Assembly (NCBI GenBank): GCA_049512315.1
Contig: JBEKXF010000028.1
Coordinates: 1-43,929, forward strand
Origin: Candidatus Aminicenantales bacterium
Lineage (GTDB): Bacteria > Acidobacteriota > Aminicenantia > Aminicenantales > Saccharicenantaceae
DNA: 43,929 bases
Reading direction: 5' to 3'
Part shown: positions 43,521 to 43,929 of the stretch, in pieces
How positions within the stretch are numbered: position 1 is the stretch's first letter
Layout: the number at the start of each line of letters is the position of its first letter
Program-made: the position numbers and the translations under genes
The notes under the pieces: generated by a model
Database searches by the model: none
Seen by the model: the letters and a program-made list of their open reading frames with translations, nothing else
What the model was told of the DNA's origin: nothing

Positions 43521-43788
43521 TTTACCCTCTCCTTCTTGAGTCGGAGAATAATATAACCGAGTAAATAAAGTCAAGGGTCCCTGATGTGAAGGCACAGAAG
43601 AGGCCCTCGGGGAGACCTTCCCCTTGTGCCAGCCGTGTGCCGGTGGCGCGCTGTTTGCCACAGGGAAAAGGCCCGAGCCGAAGCCCCAGGCCTTCCCCGG
43701 CCTCTTTCCTCTTCCCTGGAGACCCGCCTATTGCGACGCCTGGAGGCCGAGGGGTAGAATTAGACCATCTTGATGAAGGGAGACAATT

Positions 43789-43929
43789 ATGAAAAATGAC
43801 AAGTATATCAGGTTCATTCTGACAGTTATCGCGATTTGCCTTGTGTGGATTTGCATCAGAGACATTGTGGTGGGTCCTACCAGTCTATTCGCCGGCAACA
43901 ATGGCAAGGCTCCGAGCGTTTGGGTTGAC
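43789..43929 (+). CDS. hypothetical membrane-anchored protein (5' part, runs off the window)
   Basis: MKNDKYIRFILTVIAICLVWICIRD...; RBS AAGGGAG. Confidence 0.55.
   Translation, partial: MKNDKYIRFILTVIAICLVWICIRDIVVGPTSLFAGNNGKAPSVWVD

Noticed and set aside
1..43929. Integrase, transposase or phage structural genes
   Set aside because: No ORF shows recognisable tyrosine or serine recombinase or DDE motifs; mobility is inferred only from non-coding signals.

Overview
A GC-rich bacterial accessory region. The protein styles suggest Acidobacteriota/Ca. Aminicenantes, but this is inference only. Coding content, left to right: a secreted beta-propeller/TPR protein; split LigD (separate ligase and polymerase genes); a CDF metal exporter and a VIT1/CCC1-like pseudogene; a BNR/VPS10-like secreted protein, a LolA-like partner and an S10 carboxypeptidase; a Tat-signal aldo/keto reductase; an AbgB-like amidohydrolase; a bacillithiol operon (bshC-bshB1-bshA) lying between a large secreted PIG-L protein plus micro-membrane protein and an SSS symporter; an amino-sugar-like catabolic cluster; a sigma54-type BON/CsbD stress module; a decayed HTH-TM-TPR regulator; a luxE/luxC-like pair; and an FkbM methyltransferase. 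The main unexplained structure is non-coding. Ten co-oriented (minus-strand) tRNA-derived pieces cut the window into functionally coherent modules: six tRNA-Arg(CCT)-type 3' halves (four carry a shared ~30-nt double-hairpin insert, one is a tRNA-Asp/Arg chimera), one bare anticodon-arm remnant, one tRNA-Leu 3' fragment and two tRNA-Arg(TCG)-scaffold pieces. They come with repeated element-end sequences, repeated promoter modules and two IS256-like MITEs. I recognise no integrase and no intact tRNA in the window. The best interpretation is a tRNA-att-delimited tandem cassette array.
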